From Malacoraja senta (lineage: Eukaryota), in assembly GCA_038087875.1 (NCBI GenBank), contig CM075989.1, positions 18,972,001 to 19,036,000 of the forward strand: DNA of 64,000 nt, read 5' to 3'. Below the pieces are notes generated by a model that saw only the letters and a list, made by a program, of their open reading frames with translations, did no database searches and was not told the DNA's origin. The position numbers and the translations under genes are program-made. Shown piece by piece: positions 48,401 through 59,314 of the stretch; the stretch's first letter is position 1, and the number at the start of each line of letters is the position of its first letter.

Positions 48401-51400
48401 TAGTGCACTGCAGTAAGTCACAAGCCATGGCAGCAGACAAACAGTTTAAGAAAAAGAATGGCAGTGTAGGTTACGGATAAAATAAAATATTGATGCTGCC
48501 TGTCCTGCTGAGTTACCCCAGCACATTGCGTCTTTCCTTGTTAAACCAGCAGCTACAGTTGCTTGTTTCTAGAAGATTAAAATACTGACCAACTTACTAA
48601 AATGAATTCCACTTTCAAAACTCCTGCAGTTTAAATAGCACCATGGAGTCTTTTAGATCTATTTGATTAGGCACATTTTATGACTTGATTCGAGATCTCA
48701 AAATGTACTTCAAATAATGCAACATTACCTCAGTACCCCATGAGATTATTAGACTGCTTATGCGCACAAATCCCACACCCACCAATTTAAATTGCTGCAT
48801 ATTGTTACTAAGCCGAATAGTCTACAAAACAGTAATAATAATGGATAGCACTAAATAATAGAAAAATCGGTCTAGACCACTTGAAAAGTTTGTCCCTGCT
48901 CATTTCCACATCGACTACAGGGGACATATTTTTTTAAATTAGATTTCCATTTTCCCTTTATCATTTTTCTGGTAATTCAATAAAGCTGAACATCAAGAAT
49001 ATATAAATCATCCATCCCAAATACCCCAAAATAACATTAGGCTATGAGTAAAACTAGTTAAAGTTAAATAAACATGAAAAATACTGTAAACATTTCCTGT
49101 TCTGATAAAGGTGCCAACCTCAAAACATTAAATATTTCTCTTTCCACAGATGCTGCCTGATCTGTTTAGTTTACAACATTTTTGGTTTTATTTCAGATTT
49201 CCAGCATCTGCAGCTTTTTGACAAACTTTTATTTCAGGTGTATCTTCAGTACTCAAGTTGAAGTGACATTAAATGTACATCAATATCCAAGTTCCATAAA
49301 TTCATAAATTTGCGAGAAAAGAAAATGGGGGATAAAGAGGAGAAATGTAAAGACCCAAAGTAGCTGCTAAAACTATCAGCAAAATCCTTTCTAAATAAGA
49401 GAGAAAGAAAGGTAAGAAGAATGATCCATTAAAATAGATTTGTTAAATAAAAATGCTGCACGTTTGCATAATGGAGGAAGAGGAGGTGGTACAAAGAAAA
49501 GCAAATAGAGAAGCAAATGAAATCAAAATGTAAAAAATTTGCAAAGGGTTGAAGGAATTCAAAGTAAATCTTTAGAACCGCAGCTTTCACCAGCTTTAGT
49601 TTAGAGATACAGCGCAGAAACACGTCCTTCGGCCCACCTCGTCCGAGCCGACCAGCGATCCCCGCATATTAACATTATTCTACACACACCAGGGACAATT
49701 TTTACATTTACCAAGCCAAATTACTTACATACCTGTACGTCTTTGGAGTGTGGGAGGAAACAGAAGATCTCGGAGAAAACTTACGTAGGTCACGGGGAGA
49801 ACGTACAAACTCCGTACAGACAGCACCCGTAATCGGGATCGAACCCGGGTCTCCGGCGTTGCAAGCGCTGGAAGGCAGCAACTCTACCGCTGCGCCACCG
49901 TGCCGCCCAGTTAGTACAAAACAGTTGAGGAAACCTCCAATTGTTTATTCAAACGAATGGAAAATTACAATTAGCATTTGAATGGTAAAGGAAGTGAGGT
50001 AATTGGAACAGTTTGCTCCTTCTATGAAAGGAACTGGAACCTAAGTGAAAGAACGTCTGAGTATTTGGTCATGCGTCTGCCCAATTAGAAGCACAAATGT
50101 GTGAAGGAAGAGGTTGTATGCAACTAATCCAACTGATATTTGGAGGGTGTCAGTAACATGGTAGGTGACGGGACGTTTATAAATTATGTCCATAAAAAAC
50201 TATATGTGGACTTCCAAAAGTGAGATAATCCTATAATCCAAGTCAGTAGAAAGAAATTAAGGTGTATTCTCCACTTTGCTAGAAATGGGTATTCTATGTT
50301 GTCCTGGGGTTTCGGAGTTTTAATTTAGTTGTAATTATTTATATTTCGGGACTTGGGTGTTGCTGGTAAAACTGCATTTATTGGACACCCCTAAATACAC
50401 TTGAACGGAATGCCCTGTTAGTCCATTTCATTCGGCTGCATTGATAGGTATGGGGAAATAGATCAAGTACAGCACAAACAATAACTTAACTATTACCACT
50501 TTCAATCCCAGAAAGATAAAATGGCACACTTTTTAAGTGGTGGGTTAGCCATACAAAACTAATAGGATTTACATCTTCATAAATTAAGAATAAATGCAAT
50601 GTAAATACAAAAATTAAATTGTAAAGGCTAATGGTTTGCTAGTCTTGACATCATGGAAATTAGAATTTAAAGCAAGGAAACGAGGCTTCAGTTGCCCGCA
50701 TCATTACAATTCCGAGTGTTAACATTTGGTCAAACTTCAGGGTAAAATCATTGGGCTTGGAAGGCAAAATTGCAAATATTACACCAAAATGCTAAGGATT
50801 GATTGAGGACCAGCTTCACCCATCTTACAATAAAGGGCCTGTCCCACATACGCGATTTTTTCGGCGACTGCCGGCACCCGTCATAGTCGTAGCAGGTCGC
50901 CTATGTAGTCGTGAGTAGTGAAGAAAGTAAATGGCATGTTGGCCGTTATAACAAGAGGAATCGAATATAGGAGCAAAGAGGTCCTTCTGCAGTCGTACAG
51001 AGCCCTAGTGAGACCACACCTGGATTATTGTGTGCAGTTTTGGTCCCCTAATTTGAGGAAGGACATTTTTGCTATTGAGGGAGTGCAGCGTAGGTTTACA
51101 AGGTTAATTCCCGGGATGGCGGGACTGTCATATGCTGAGAGAATGGAGCAGCTGGGCTTGAACACTCTGGAGTTTAGAAGGATGAGAGGGTATCTCATTG
51201 AAACATATAAGATTGTTAAGGGTTTGGACACGCTAGAGGCAGGAAACATGTTCCCGATGTTGGGGGAGTCTAGAACCGGGGCCACAGTTTAAGAATAAGG
51301 AGTAAGCCATGTAGAACGGAGTTGAGGAAACACTTTTTCTCACAGAGAGTGGTGAGTCTGAGGAATTCTCTGCCTCAGAGGGCGGTGGAGGCGGGTTCTC

Positions 51401-54400
51401 TGGATGCTTTCAAGAGAGAGCTATATAGGGCTCTTAAAAATAGCGGAGTCAGGGGATATGGGGAGAAGGCAGGAATGGGGTAATGATTGCGGTGCTGGCT
51501 CGAAGGGCTGAATGGCCTACTCCTGCACCTATTGTCTATTGTCTAGTCGCCCAAAGAGTCATACCTTTTTCTGGTCGCCGCTGGATTTTCAACATTTTGA
51601 AAATTTTCGGCGACCTGCTGGCAGTCGCCGAAAAAAAACGCGTAAGTGGGACATGGCCTTAAGATGTGTTCAGAATAACAAGTAGTTCAAAGATACACTT
51701 CAGGGTTCAACATTTGGATGTTACTAATGACAATGTGGACTACATTGCTATGGTCAGCTTTACAGTGAACTCTGCTTAAAGGAGACCCTACTTTTGAAAT
51801 AACGTCATAGGAATCAATACAACATTGAGTCCCTTTGATAGTACCACTTCGAAACATAAAATGACAATATGGTTGCACATTCAAGATACGCAGAGGCTAG
51901 AGATGAGGAGAGCACTTTGCAAATCTTAAAACTTTTCTCCATTACTGAAATGTACTACTATTACACTACTACCTCTGCAGAAGAGCGAGACATTTTGACC
52001 TCAGGACAAATAATACAATTTTTGCCATTAATATATGACAGGTGTTCTGAATGTTTATCATACTAGGCCTTGCTATTCATGTCAGGAAAGACTGAGAATC
52101 TCATTGGCTTAATACCTTATATGTAGTATTCATTTCGGTGAAGCGCGGCGTCGCCGGAAGAGGGGACCGCACGGCAACCGCGAGAGCGCAGCACGGATGC
52201 TGCGCGGGGGCAGAGTGATCTCCGTACGGCTGGTTCCACGAGCTTGCGGCGTCGGGTGATGACGACATCACGCAACGCGACGCGCTACGCGATGACGTCA
52301 TTTCGGATCGCGGGGCTGTGGCGGCGGTAGTGGTGATCGCGGCGCTGTGGCGGCGCCCGTGCCGCACACGTGCCTCACTGGCGGCGGCTGTGGCAGTGAA
52401 AGTTCGACTCACGGCGCTCGTGCCGCACTGGCGGCGGCTGTGGCGGTGCCCATGCCGCACTCGTGCCTCACTGGCGGCGGCTGTGCGGTAGGAATAGTTT
52501 TTTCGACATTGTTGGTTTTTTGTGAGCACCGTGCGGTGTTGGGACCAACACCGCACGGCCCCGGCGGTGTGCGTTGGACCGACCCCGCGGTCTCTGGCGG
52601 TCCACGAGCGGTAGAAACTTCCTGTTTCACCGCCAATGACCGCAAACTCGTGAGACAGGCCTTTAAAGCTTGCATCAGAACAGCTGCAGTCAACCCACAC
52701 TTCAAATTGCATTAATAAGCTACAATAAAGTCAAATTCATCGAGGTACACGTTCCTAACATATCAGCAAGGAGACTGCTTGCTCTACAAGGCGAGTGAAG
52801 CCATTAATGTAACCTCTAAAAGTACCAACTACGGTCAATGTTAGAGCTTCAAAAACCTTTGACAGCTATTCTGCAGAGTTAATTCCAAAACCGAATACTT
52901 TTCACAAGTCTCAATTTGCGTAGTTGGGGATCAGTTGTGATACAGTAGCGCAAGAGGTGGCACAGTGTTGCAGCTGATGGAGCCATTGCCTCACAGTGCC
53001 AGAGACCTGGGATTGAACCACCGCTCGGGTACTGTGTGTGTGGAGTTTGCAGTTTCTCTTGTGACCGAGTGGGTTTCCTCCAGGTGCTCCAGTTTCTTCC
53101 CACATCCCAAAGACGTCAGGGTTTTGTAGGCTAATTGGCTGTTGTATGTTGCCCCTGGTATATAGGGAGTGGATGCGAAAGTGGGATAACATAGAACAGG
53201 GTTGTAAATATGTGGAGATCATTGCCACAGACTGCTGTGGAGGCCAAGTCTTGGGATATTTTTAAAGCAGATTCTTGATTAGTAAGGGTGTCAAAGGTTA
53301 CAGGGAGAAGGCAGGAGAATGGGGTTGAGCGGAAAAGATAGATGGGCCATGATTGAATGACGAAGCAGACTCGATGAGTTGAATGGCCTAATTGTGCTCC
53401 TGTGTAATGAACTAATGTCAACGGGTGATCAATAGCCGGTGTGGACTCGGTGGGCAGATATGTTTTATAACACCAGGAATACGAATGCTGAATCCAATAC
53501 ATACTGGTACAGGTTATTAACTAACCAAGAAGTTAGTTAATATCCAAGCTCTGCTCCACTTCTTTATGATTGCACAAACCTAAGAATCACAAGGTATAAT
53601 GAAATGAAGTGATCTAAAGTACACTGTTACTTCTAATGATTTGGAATTTATATGGTTCTCACAAATGCATTCAAATAAAATCAAAAAGCTAAATTAACAT
53701 GATTTTGTATGGTGTAAGATATGATTCCAGCAGTTCTACTAGCCATGAAATTTAAGACCTAATTAGTCAAGAACTACTTGTAGGAAAGTCATTTTGGATT
53801 TTTTCTTTCCTCGACTTCAGATTTAGAGATTTACTTCTGTAGTAATACATTAGAAGTTTAAGCAAGCTCAAAAAACAATTCTAACGGTAAATACTGCTAA
53901 TCTGCTGGCCAAAGGAAGTTGCAGGATTTCAAAGTGACGTTCTTAACAGGCTCATTACTGGAACATGGATTAAGCGGTAGAAGGTACAAATGGGGTGCAG
54001 AAGGTGAGATGGAGCAACGAGGAAGGCATGGAGTGCATAATAATTTATACTTTGTACCACTGCGTTTTAACCATTGAATTGTGTAAAATATGTTATTGAT
54101 ATCCTACAAATGAGGTGTTGAGCCCAAAAATCTGAATGGTTTTAAAGCTTGCATATTAAATTAATTTATATCCAAAACATCCTCAGGAAAAGCCCATAAA
54201 GACTTGCAATAATGTAAACTACAGTCAAAGTCAATGTTTAGGTGCACACTGCTTTTACTTCGGGAATCTAAAATTATGTAAAGTGAGATTTCCAATTAAA
54301 AAATAAAAATTGCCTTCAATCTCAACATTCTAACCAAATAATCTATTTTCTTGAGGATTGCAAAAAAAAACAAATGCCTGATCCCATCGTCCAAGTTTGC

Positions 54401-57400
54401 AATGAGAATTATGAATATTTGAATGTTTAGGAAAGTTACATACTATTACATCAATGTTCAGCATTCTTGAGAAATAAAAATTCTTTCATAATTATATTTA
54501 TATATGCAAACACTTTTAATCTAAGATCATAGCTTGCAATGGCCTGCAATTCATTGTAAATAGACAGTTTCCATCCTTTCTTAGTTTTTAAATATATAAT
54601 AAATGATAAACATGTGGTTTTAATTATGGTATTTGTGTCAGAGCCCTGAAATAGGAGCCTGTAAAGAATGCTCACTGTATACGTATTTACAAGAGCAGGG
54701 TACTGTCGTGGGAAGCTTACTCTCCATGCTAAGGAGTGCGGAGAACATCTGGCATGGTTACTAGCTGGAAATACCAATGTTATTTAACAGTCAGTAAGTA
54801 CTTGGAAGAGCATTAAATATGCATTTAGATCAGCAATGTTTTGGCATTGCAATTCACCTCAAGGTAATAGTTTTACTTCTATGCAAACCCATCCAAGAGT
54901 TAAATACAAGACCCCAAATTGTTGCCAACAGAAAAATCCTAAATGAGAAGTAACCATACCAAGTCCCTTTAGCTTTATAAAAAATATTTTGCCTCAATTA
55001 CAGCACATTTAAAGACTGCAATTAGCATGCCTGATGCATGACAGGAACGTACTACATTGAAATACTCTCATTTCAATTTTATTACAACGTCTTCAAGTTT
55101 GTTTCTTCTTCAAAAAAGAACAGCCGGAACCACCCATTTTCCATTAACAAAATATTTCAGTGATTTTACCCTTCCTGCAGTTTTGTTCCTTTTTCAGGGG
55201 TCTTTGATTAATGTCTTAAAAGACAAATGTCTACTGATTGTCTAAAAAACATCTAAAATGGACAGCAAAACTAATTGCAAGTCATTGCATCCTGTAAGAT
55301 TTTAATTCTGAGTCGATGCTTTATTTTAATGTAAAAGTTAATAGTATAATAGATTTTTAGTTGCCAAATATGCTGAACATTAAAATAACTAATGCTGATA
55401 TTTTGTAAATGTCACAATGGAAGATTTGAAATTTTTTTTTAAATCAAGAGTAAATGACTGAAGAAAACTTTAGCATTTGACCTAACCGCTGCACTCCCGC
55501 CTAATTTACACGCACTAGACTGAAAGTGTTAAGATTCAAAATCTTTTGTAATGCATCTTTTGTTAATTCCCTCAAAGACACAAACATGCAAACAATTAGT
55601 AAAAGCCTATGGACCCAAGTTTAGCATTGTACCTTTTTTCTCTCCAGTGAAAGGCACAAAATCTTCCCTATCCTTGTATTCCAAGGCCTCCTTCTCCAAG
55701 AACACGAGTAGCTGATCTCGATCAAAGGCGCCAGTTGGAGATTTGATAGTCTGGTCCTTCTGACGAAAGCCTGCTGGCAGCAGCGCATGCTAGAACAAGC
55801 GAGAGAAAATAAGTTTATGTCTAAACAGAAAACATATTACACATAAAGCTACTCCTTCCAAAAAAGATCAAAATGCCAGGGATCTTTCTAAATATACATT
55901 AACCTTAAGTAATGGAAGGAAATAATGACAGACAAAACATGAATCTGTCTCGAGTCAATTATATGATGTAAATGGCATGTGTAATAAGGCTGGTTTGCCT
56001 TTTGTTAAGTGTGCATGTTTTAGAATAAGATTTTAGACTTAGCTGAATGAATAAATGAGGATATCATGAATCAGGAGACATTTCTGGAAGATAGGAGTGA
56101 TAAGAGACCAGTTGTTGTAAGCATAGGCGTTGAATATCACTGAGAATGGCCTCTAACTGAATATGTGCCTGATCACCAAGAGTCGCCTCTATCACCCAAA
56201 CTTAATGTTCCTCAACTCATCTCAACTATGCAATTACACAAAGTGCTGGAGGAACTAAGCGAGTCAGGCAGCATCCTTGGGAGGAATGGATACGTGACAT
56301 TTTGGCTCGGAAATAATCTTCAGGCCTTGGTGAAGCTTCCCAACCAGATTTGTTGCCTGCCAATTTCTTTTACAGATGCTTCCCCTTCACAGACCCCCGA
56401 GTTTCTCCAGCACTTTGTGTTTTGCTCAAGTTCCTTGTGCCTCCAACTACCATTACTCTTCCATCTTCTACTTACCATCAAAAGAAACACTTCAGTTTTG
56501 GTGACAACTAGTTCTGTTCACTCATCATGGAATTATTGTTCCATTCTCCCTTCCCCATCTCTAACTTTCAGTCTGACAAACATCAGGGTATCTACCCTCC
56601 AATAATTCAAGGCTCTCACCCCAACCTTCCCCCAGCAACACGTTGCTGAGAAAATATCCATGTCAGTCTCTAGAAATTAAGCGACATGAAAAAGCTGGAT
56701 TCTTGACATAAATCAGAATATACACATGTGCAAACTTATACATGCATGGACAAACATTTGACCGATTATAGAGATGGGTCAGAAGAAAACAAGCCAAAAA
56801 ACTCATGGTGCATTTTGACTAAGATCAGTGTATTAACTGTTTACTCAATAACATTATCCACTGTTTACACATCACCTCTACCCTGAGAAAGGTTTTTAGT
56901 GGATTAAATATCTAGAGGATCATTACGTCCACATACCTTGCACCCAAGGACACTTCTACATAAAAGCAAATTATTGACAAGTGAAATTTTCCATCATTGA
57001 AGTTAACTGCAACACCATTTCAAAAGTTATTTTCAAATATTACATTGCTAATTTTATTTACCCTCGTGAACAAAGGAAAATTTTCTGATAATTAATCTCT
57101 ATTTTAGTCATAACATTCCCCAAAACTCCTCCAAGCTTCTCAATACATCCTTGGTCCCATTAGCACTTTAGGATGTGTTGGTGTCATACAGCGTGGTAAC
57201 AGGCCCTCCAGCCCAACTTGCCTACACCAACCACCATGCCCCATCTACACAAGTCCCACCTGCCGGCATTTGGCCCATATCCCTCCATATCTATTCTATC
57301 CAGGTACCTGCCCAAATGCTTCTTAAACGTTGCAATAGTACCTGCCTCAACTATCTCCTCCGCCAGCTCGTTCCATACGCCCCCCCATCCTTTGTGTAAA

Positions 57401-58372
57401 AAAAGTGACAACCCCCCCCCTTCCACCCCCCCACCGTAAAACTATGTCTGGTTCTCGATTCCCTTACTTTGGCCAAAAGTGGGCATTTACCCTATCAATT
57501 CCGATCTATGCGTTACATTATACACACTCCTCTCCCCACTACTACCCCATCCATTCCTTTAACTTCATCGACAACACTCTAAGGCCTTCAATTCTGATAA
57601 AATGAAGATGATCAGAGGTAATACTGTTCTTTCATCGTGAACATTTGCAGGAAGGCGTAGGCAGATTTTGAACAAGTGAACAATATATATGTATAAACCA
57701 CAGATTAAAACGGAACTCACCGACATGATTTAATTAAAACTTATAACTGAACCAATCTTGAGACAATGAAATGCCCGGAATAAGGCTTATCACTACAACA
57801 TCAGCAATATGACATTTTCTTGCTGCACAATAATGTGGCATGCTTCTAGATGCTGGGTGATGAAGGCGTACACAAACAATTTTTCATGCTACTGAATTGT
57901 TTATTACAGATGTTGCTGTGGGAAAATGCCAAAATAAGATCTGGAAACCAGGTGGTTATAGTTGGAGATTGATAGAATGAGAACAGAACTATTATACAAG
58001 TTTTTTTATAAAGAACTCCTCTGCAGTCACACAAACCTGTTTTAACATCGCAACATACAAGCAGTAGTTGCAAAATTTAAAACAATTCCATGGTTATCAA
58101 CAAGGCTTATATCTCAATTTCAAAATTCTACACGAATAAATATTTGTGGTAATTAAACATCACAAATTTTTCTCCCAAAAAACAGATGTTTTAGCTTTAA
58201 ACTTGCAAACTAATTCTCTGGCAAATGTCAAACATTCCAGTCCCACCTCTGGGTCCAGTTCCTCAAGGGTGGTTTCCAGCTGCTTCAACTCTTCCTCACT
58301 CAGTTTGCCAAGAAGCTCATCCTCGTCAATATCTTTATACTTCTCCAGGTCCTTCTTGAATGGGAGGGCCAT
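30403..58372 (-). CDS. TMOD2/TMOD3: Tropomodulin of the TMOD2/TMOD3 type, 9 coding exons, 347 aa; join(58372-58247,55789-55633,41449-41327,39300-39226,38073-37943,36480-36373,34329-34186,32829-32685,30437-30403)
   Basis: Manual splicing gives one open frame of 126+157+123+75+131+108+144+145+35=1044 nt, from [33 protein letters not shown] to [16 protein letters not shown]. All introns are GT-AG with matching phases, and the exon layout matches vertebrate TMOD genes as I recall it. TMOD2 versus TMOD3 cannot be resolved by eye. Confidence 0.96.
31150..31350. mobile_element. Palindromic Penelope-like repeat with the centre deleted
   Basis: aatcgaaggtagacacagaatgctggag...ctccagtattttgtgtctatcttcgatt. 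Confidence 0.7.
31831..32145 (+). mobile_element. V-SINE (HE1-like), full length, intron 9
   Basis: Head, V-domain and tail intact. Confidence 0.9.
32685..32829 (-). CDS. TMOD2/TMOD3: Tropomodulin exon 9 (145 nt, LRR and cap)
   Basis: Acceptor tgcttccag; [48 protein letters not shown]; donor TAC|GTAAGT. Confidence 0.95.
32915..33210 (-). mobile_element. V-SINE, intron 8
   Basis: SINE consensus on the minus strand. Confidence 0.8.
33290..33600 (-). mobile_element. Tx1/L1-clade LINE remnant
   Basis: Degenerate ...[12 protein letters not shown]... resembles the Tx1-like ORF2 C-terminus as recalled. Confidence 0.4.
34186..34329 (-). CDS. TMOD2/TMOD3: Tropomodulin exon 8 (144 nt, LRR)
   Basis: Acceptor cttttcaaag; [48 protein letters not shown]; donor CAG|GTAAGC. 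Confidence 0.95.
34937..35199. mobile_element. PIF/Harbinger-type MITE, complete (263 bp)
   Basis: TIR AGGGCCTGTCCCACTT...AAGTGGGACAGGCCCT, TSD TTA at 34934-34936 and 35200-35202, long internal inverted symmetry. Confidence 0.85.
35380..36140 (+). mobile_element. CR1/HER1-type LINE, 5'-truncated, with an uninterrupted 222-aa ORF2 C-terminal fragment
   Basis: ORF 35385-36053 [14 protein letters not shown]...[19 protein letters not shown]...[16 protein letters not shown]; 3' tail gaatggcctactcctgcacctattttctatgtttcta. Confidence 0.92.
36373..36480 (-). CDS. TMOD2/TMOD3: Tropomodulin exon 7 (108 nt, LRR)
   Basis: Acceptor ttgtcctcag; [36 protein letters not shown]; donor TTC|GTAAGT. Confidence 0.95.
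36650..36880 (-). mobile_element. V-SINE, 5'-truncated
   Basis: SINE consensus on the minus strand. Confidence 0.75.
36902..37314. mobile_element. Hairpin MITE-like element interrupted by a Penelope-like insertion (36945-37160, 17-bp TSD)
   Basis: Arms tcatggcttttacaggtgtccaactta / taagttggacacctgtaaaaggcatga; acctcatattaaatact duplicated at 36928-36944 and 37161-37177. Confidence 0.75.
37943..38073 (-). CDS. TMOD2/TMOD3: Tropomodulin exon 6 (131 nt, start of LRR domain)
   Basis: Acceptor ccttccag; (N)[43 protein letters not shown]; donor AAG|GTAAGA. Confidence 0.95.
39226..39300 (-). CDS. TMOD2/TMOD3: Tropomodulin exon 5 (75 nt)
   Basis: Acceptor ttttaattccag; (A)[24 protein letters not shown]; donor ACA|GTAAGT. 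Confidence 0.92.
40200..40492 (+). mobile_element. CR1 3' end with a triplicated 28-bp unit at its 5' junction
   Basis: ttctcacagagagtggtgagtctgtgga at 40202, 40230 and 40258 (third copy diverged); (ctattgt)n tail. Confidence 0.85.
41327..41449 (-). CDS. TMOD2/TMOD3: Tropomodulin exon 4 (123 nt, TMBS2)
   Basis: Acceptor tttgtcacag; (G)[40 protein letters not shown]; donor CAG|GTAAAG. Confidence 0.95.
44256..44350 (+). mobile_element. Single Penelope-like arm starting at the hammerhead-like core
   Basis: CTGAAGAA GGGT TTCG GCCC GAAACGTT; flanked by gcattaacat / gcattagcat (probable TSD). Confidence 0.65.
45812..46105 (+). mobile_element. V-SINE (HE1-like), full length, intron 3
   Basis: Head, V-domain and tail. 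Confidence 0.9.
47111..47168 (-). other. Candidate 58-nt alternative exon in tropomodulin intron 3
   Basis: Long U/G-rich acceptor (tgtgttttctattgaccgtttttgctggcttttgctaaccag), strong donor CAG|GTGAGA, open phase-0 frame [19 protein letters not shown](G). Confidence 0.5.
47929..47951 (-). other. Candidate 23-nt microexon in tropomodulin intron 3
   Basis: Long pyrimidine-rich acceptor ending ttgcaccatgtttatttccaag, exon GATGTGCATCAAATACCAAATTT, weaker donor TTT|GTGAGA; converts phase 1 to phase 0. Confidence 0.35.
49595..49908 (-). mobile_element. V-SINE (HE1-like), full length, intron 3
   Basis: Head, V-domain and tail on the minus strand. Confidence 0.9.
50834..51659. mobile_element. PIF/Harbinger-type MITE split by a CR1 insertion
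   Basis: TIR agggcctgtcccac...gtgggacatggcct, TSD TAA at 50831-50833 and 51660-51662. Confidence 0.85.
50917..51544 (+). mobile_element. CR1/HER1-type LINE 3' fragment nested in the MITE
   Basis: ORF 50918-51292 [43 protein letters not shown]; (ctattgt)n tail. Confidence 0.9.
52135..52663. mobile_element. CpG-rich non-autonomous element with a Harbinger-like right TIR and internal direct repeats
   Basis: Ends gtgagacaggcctt|TAA; three copies of cactggcggcggctgtg; left TIR not seen. Confidence 0.5.
55633..55789 (-). CDS. TMOD2/TMOD3: Tropomodulin exon 3 (157 nt, actin-binding site 1)
   Basis: Acceptor cttgttctag; [52 protein letters not shown](G); donor AAG|GTACAA, phase 1. Confidence 0.95.
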
Positions 58373-58401
58373 CTCTTCGGCAGCAATGATCTCACTTCAC
58401 T
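58247..58401 (-). CDS. TMOD2/TMOD3: Tropomodulin first coding exon (exon 2): 29 nt 5' UTR, ATG at 58372, TMBS1 region
   Basis: Acceptor ttttattgttgcag; [42 protein letters not shown]; donor GAG|GTGGGA, phase 0. Confidence 0.95.
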
Positions 58402-58491
58402 CTGCAACAATAAAACAATGCAGACTTTACCAAACTAGACGCAAGAAAGTGTGCAGAGATATTTAAAACCAGTCCATAGTTTCCTCGGAAT

Positions 58492-59314
58492 CATGGGTAG
58501 AAATCTGGGTGGTAGGGACAGGGGGAGGGGGGGGGCATGCCCCTTCCCATGATTTGAGCGGTGGGGGACAATCCCCCCCCCCCCCATAGATAGATAGATA
58601 AACATTTATTGTCACATACACCAATTGGTGTAGTGAAATTTGACTTGCCATGCAGCACACAAATAAAGATAACATTAAAGAATTTAACAATAACATAAAA
58701 ACATGTTTTGTAATCCAGATTTTGAAACTCAGTGAAAAAAAAAATCTATTAAAAATCTCCGCTTTCCGCGTGAACGTGGGGGTGGGACTGATGATCGAGG
58801 GAGGGTGCCGATTGAACGTCGGTCAGCAGGCAGTGGGGGGGGGGGACATGATGATTCAGCGTGATGATTGGATGAGGGAGGTGTCGGTCAGAGGCGGAAG
58901 TAGGAGGGTGGGACTGAGGATAGAGTGCAGTGATTGGAGGAGGGAGACGTCCTGGTGGAGCAATGATAGAGTGGAGCTGGAATCGGCCCGTTCGCGGGGC
59001 TTTTTATCGCTTAAAATCGGCCGCGGGCAAATTGCTGCGTCGAGGCGGTCGAGGCTCCCAATGTTAAAGCCCCCGCCCGGGTGATGAAAGGCCCCGCGAA
59101 CGTGCCGATTGAAGCCCCACGATTCGGGGCAGACAAAGCTGCTGTTGCTGGAGTTCGAGTCGGTCACCAACTAGGTCAGCTCCCGACGTTATCGTCCACA
59201 GGGCCCACTGCTGAAGCCTCCAAAGCCTTGCGCGCATGTGTGTGCGCGCACGCGCGGTGCTAAGAAATTGTGTCCCCCCCCCCCCCCATGTTTTGATAGT
59301 GATTTCCGCCCCTG
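58492..59314. mobile_element. Non-autonomous hAT-type DNA transposon (823 bp) containing a LINE tail insert
   Basis: TIR catgggtagaaatc / gatttccgcccctg; imperfect 8-bp TSD ctcggaat (58484-58491) vs cccagaat (59315-59322). Confidence 0.7.

Noticed and set aside
52101-52715. 203-aa and overlapping ORFs in the GC-rich block
   Set aside because: Low-complexity products of a GC-rich repeat with few stop codons; no recognisable domain or splice context
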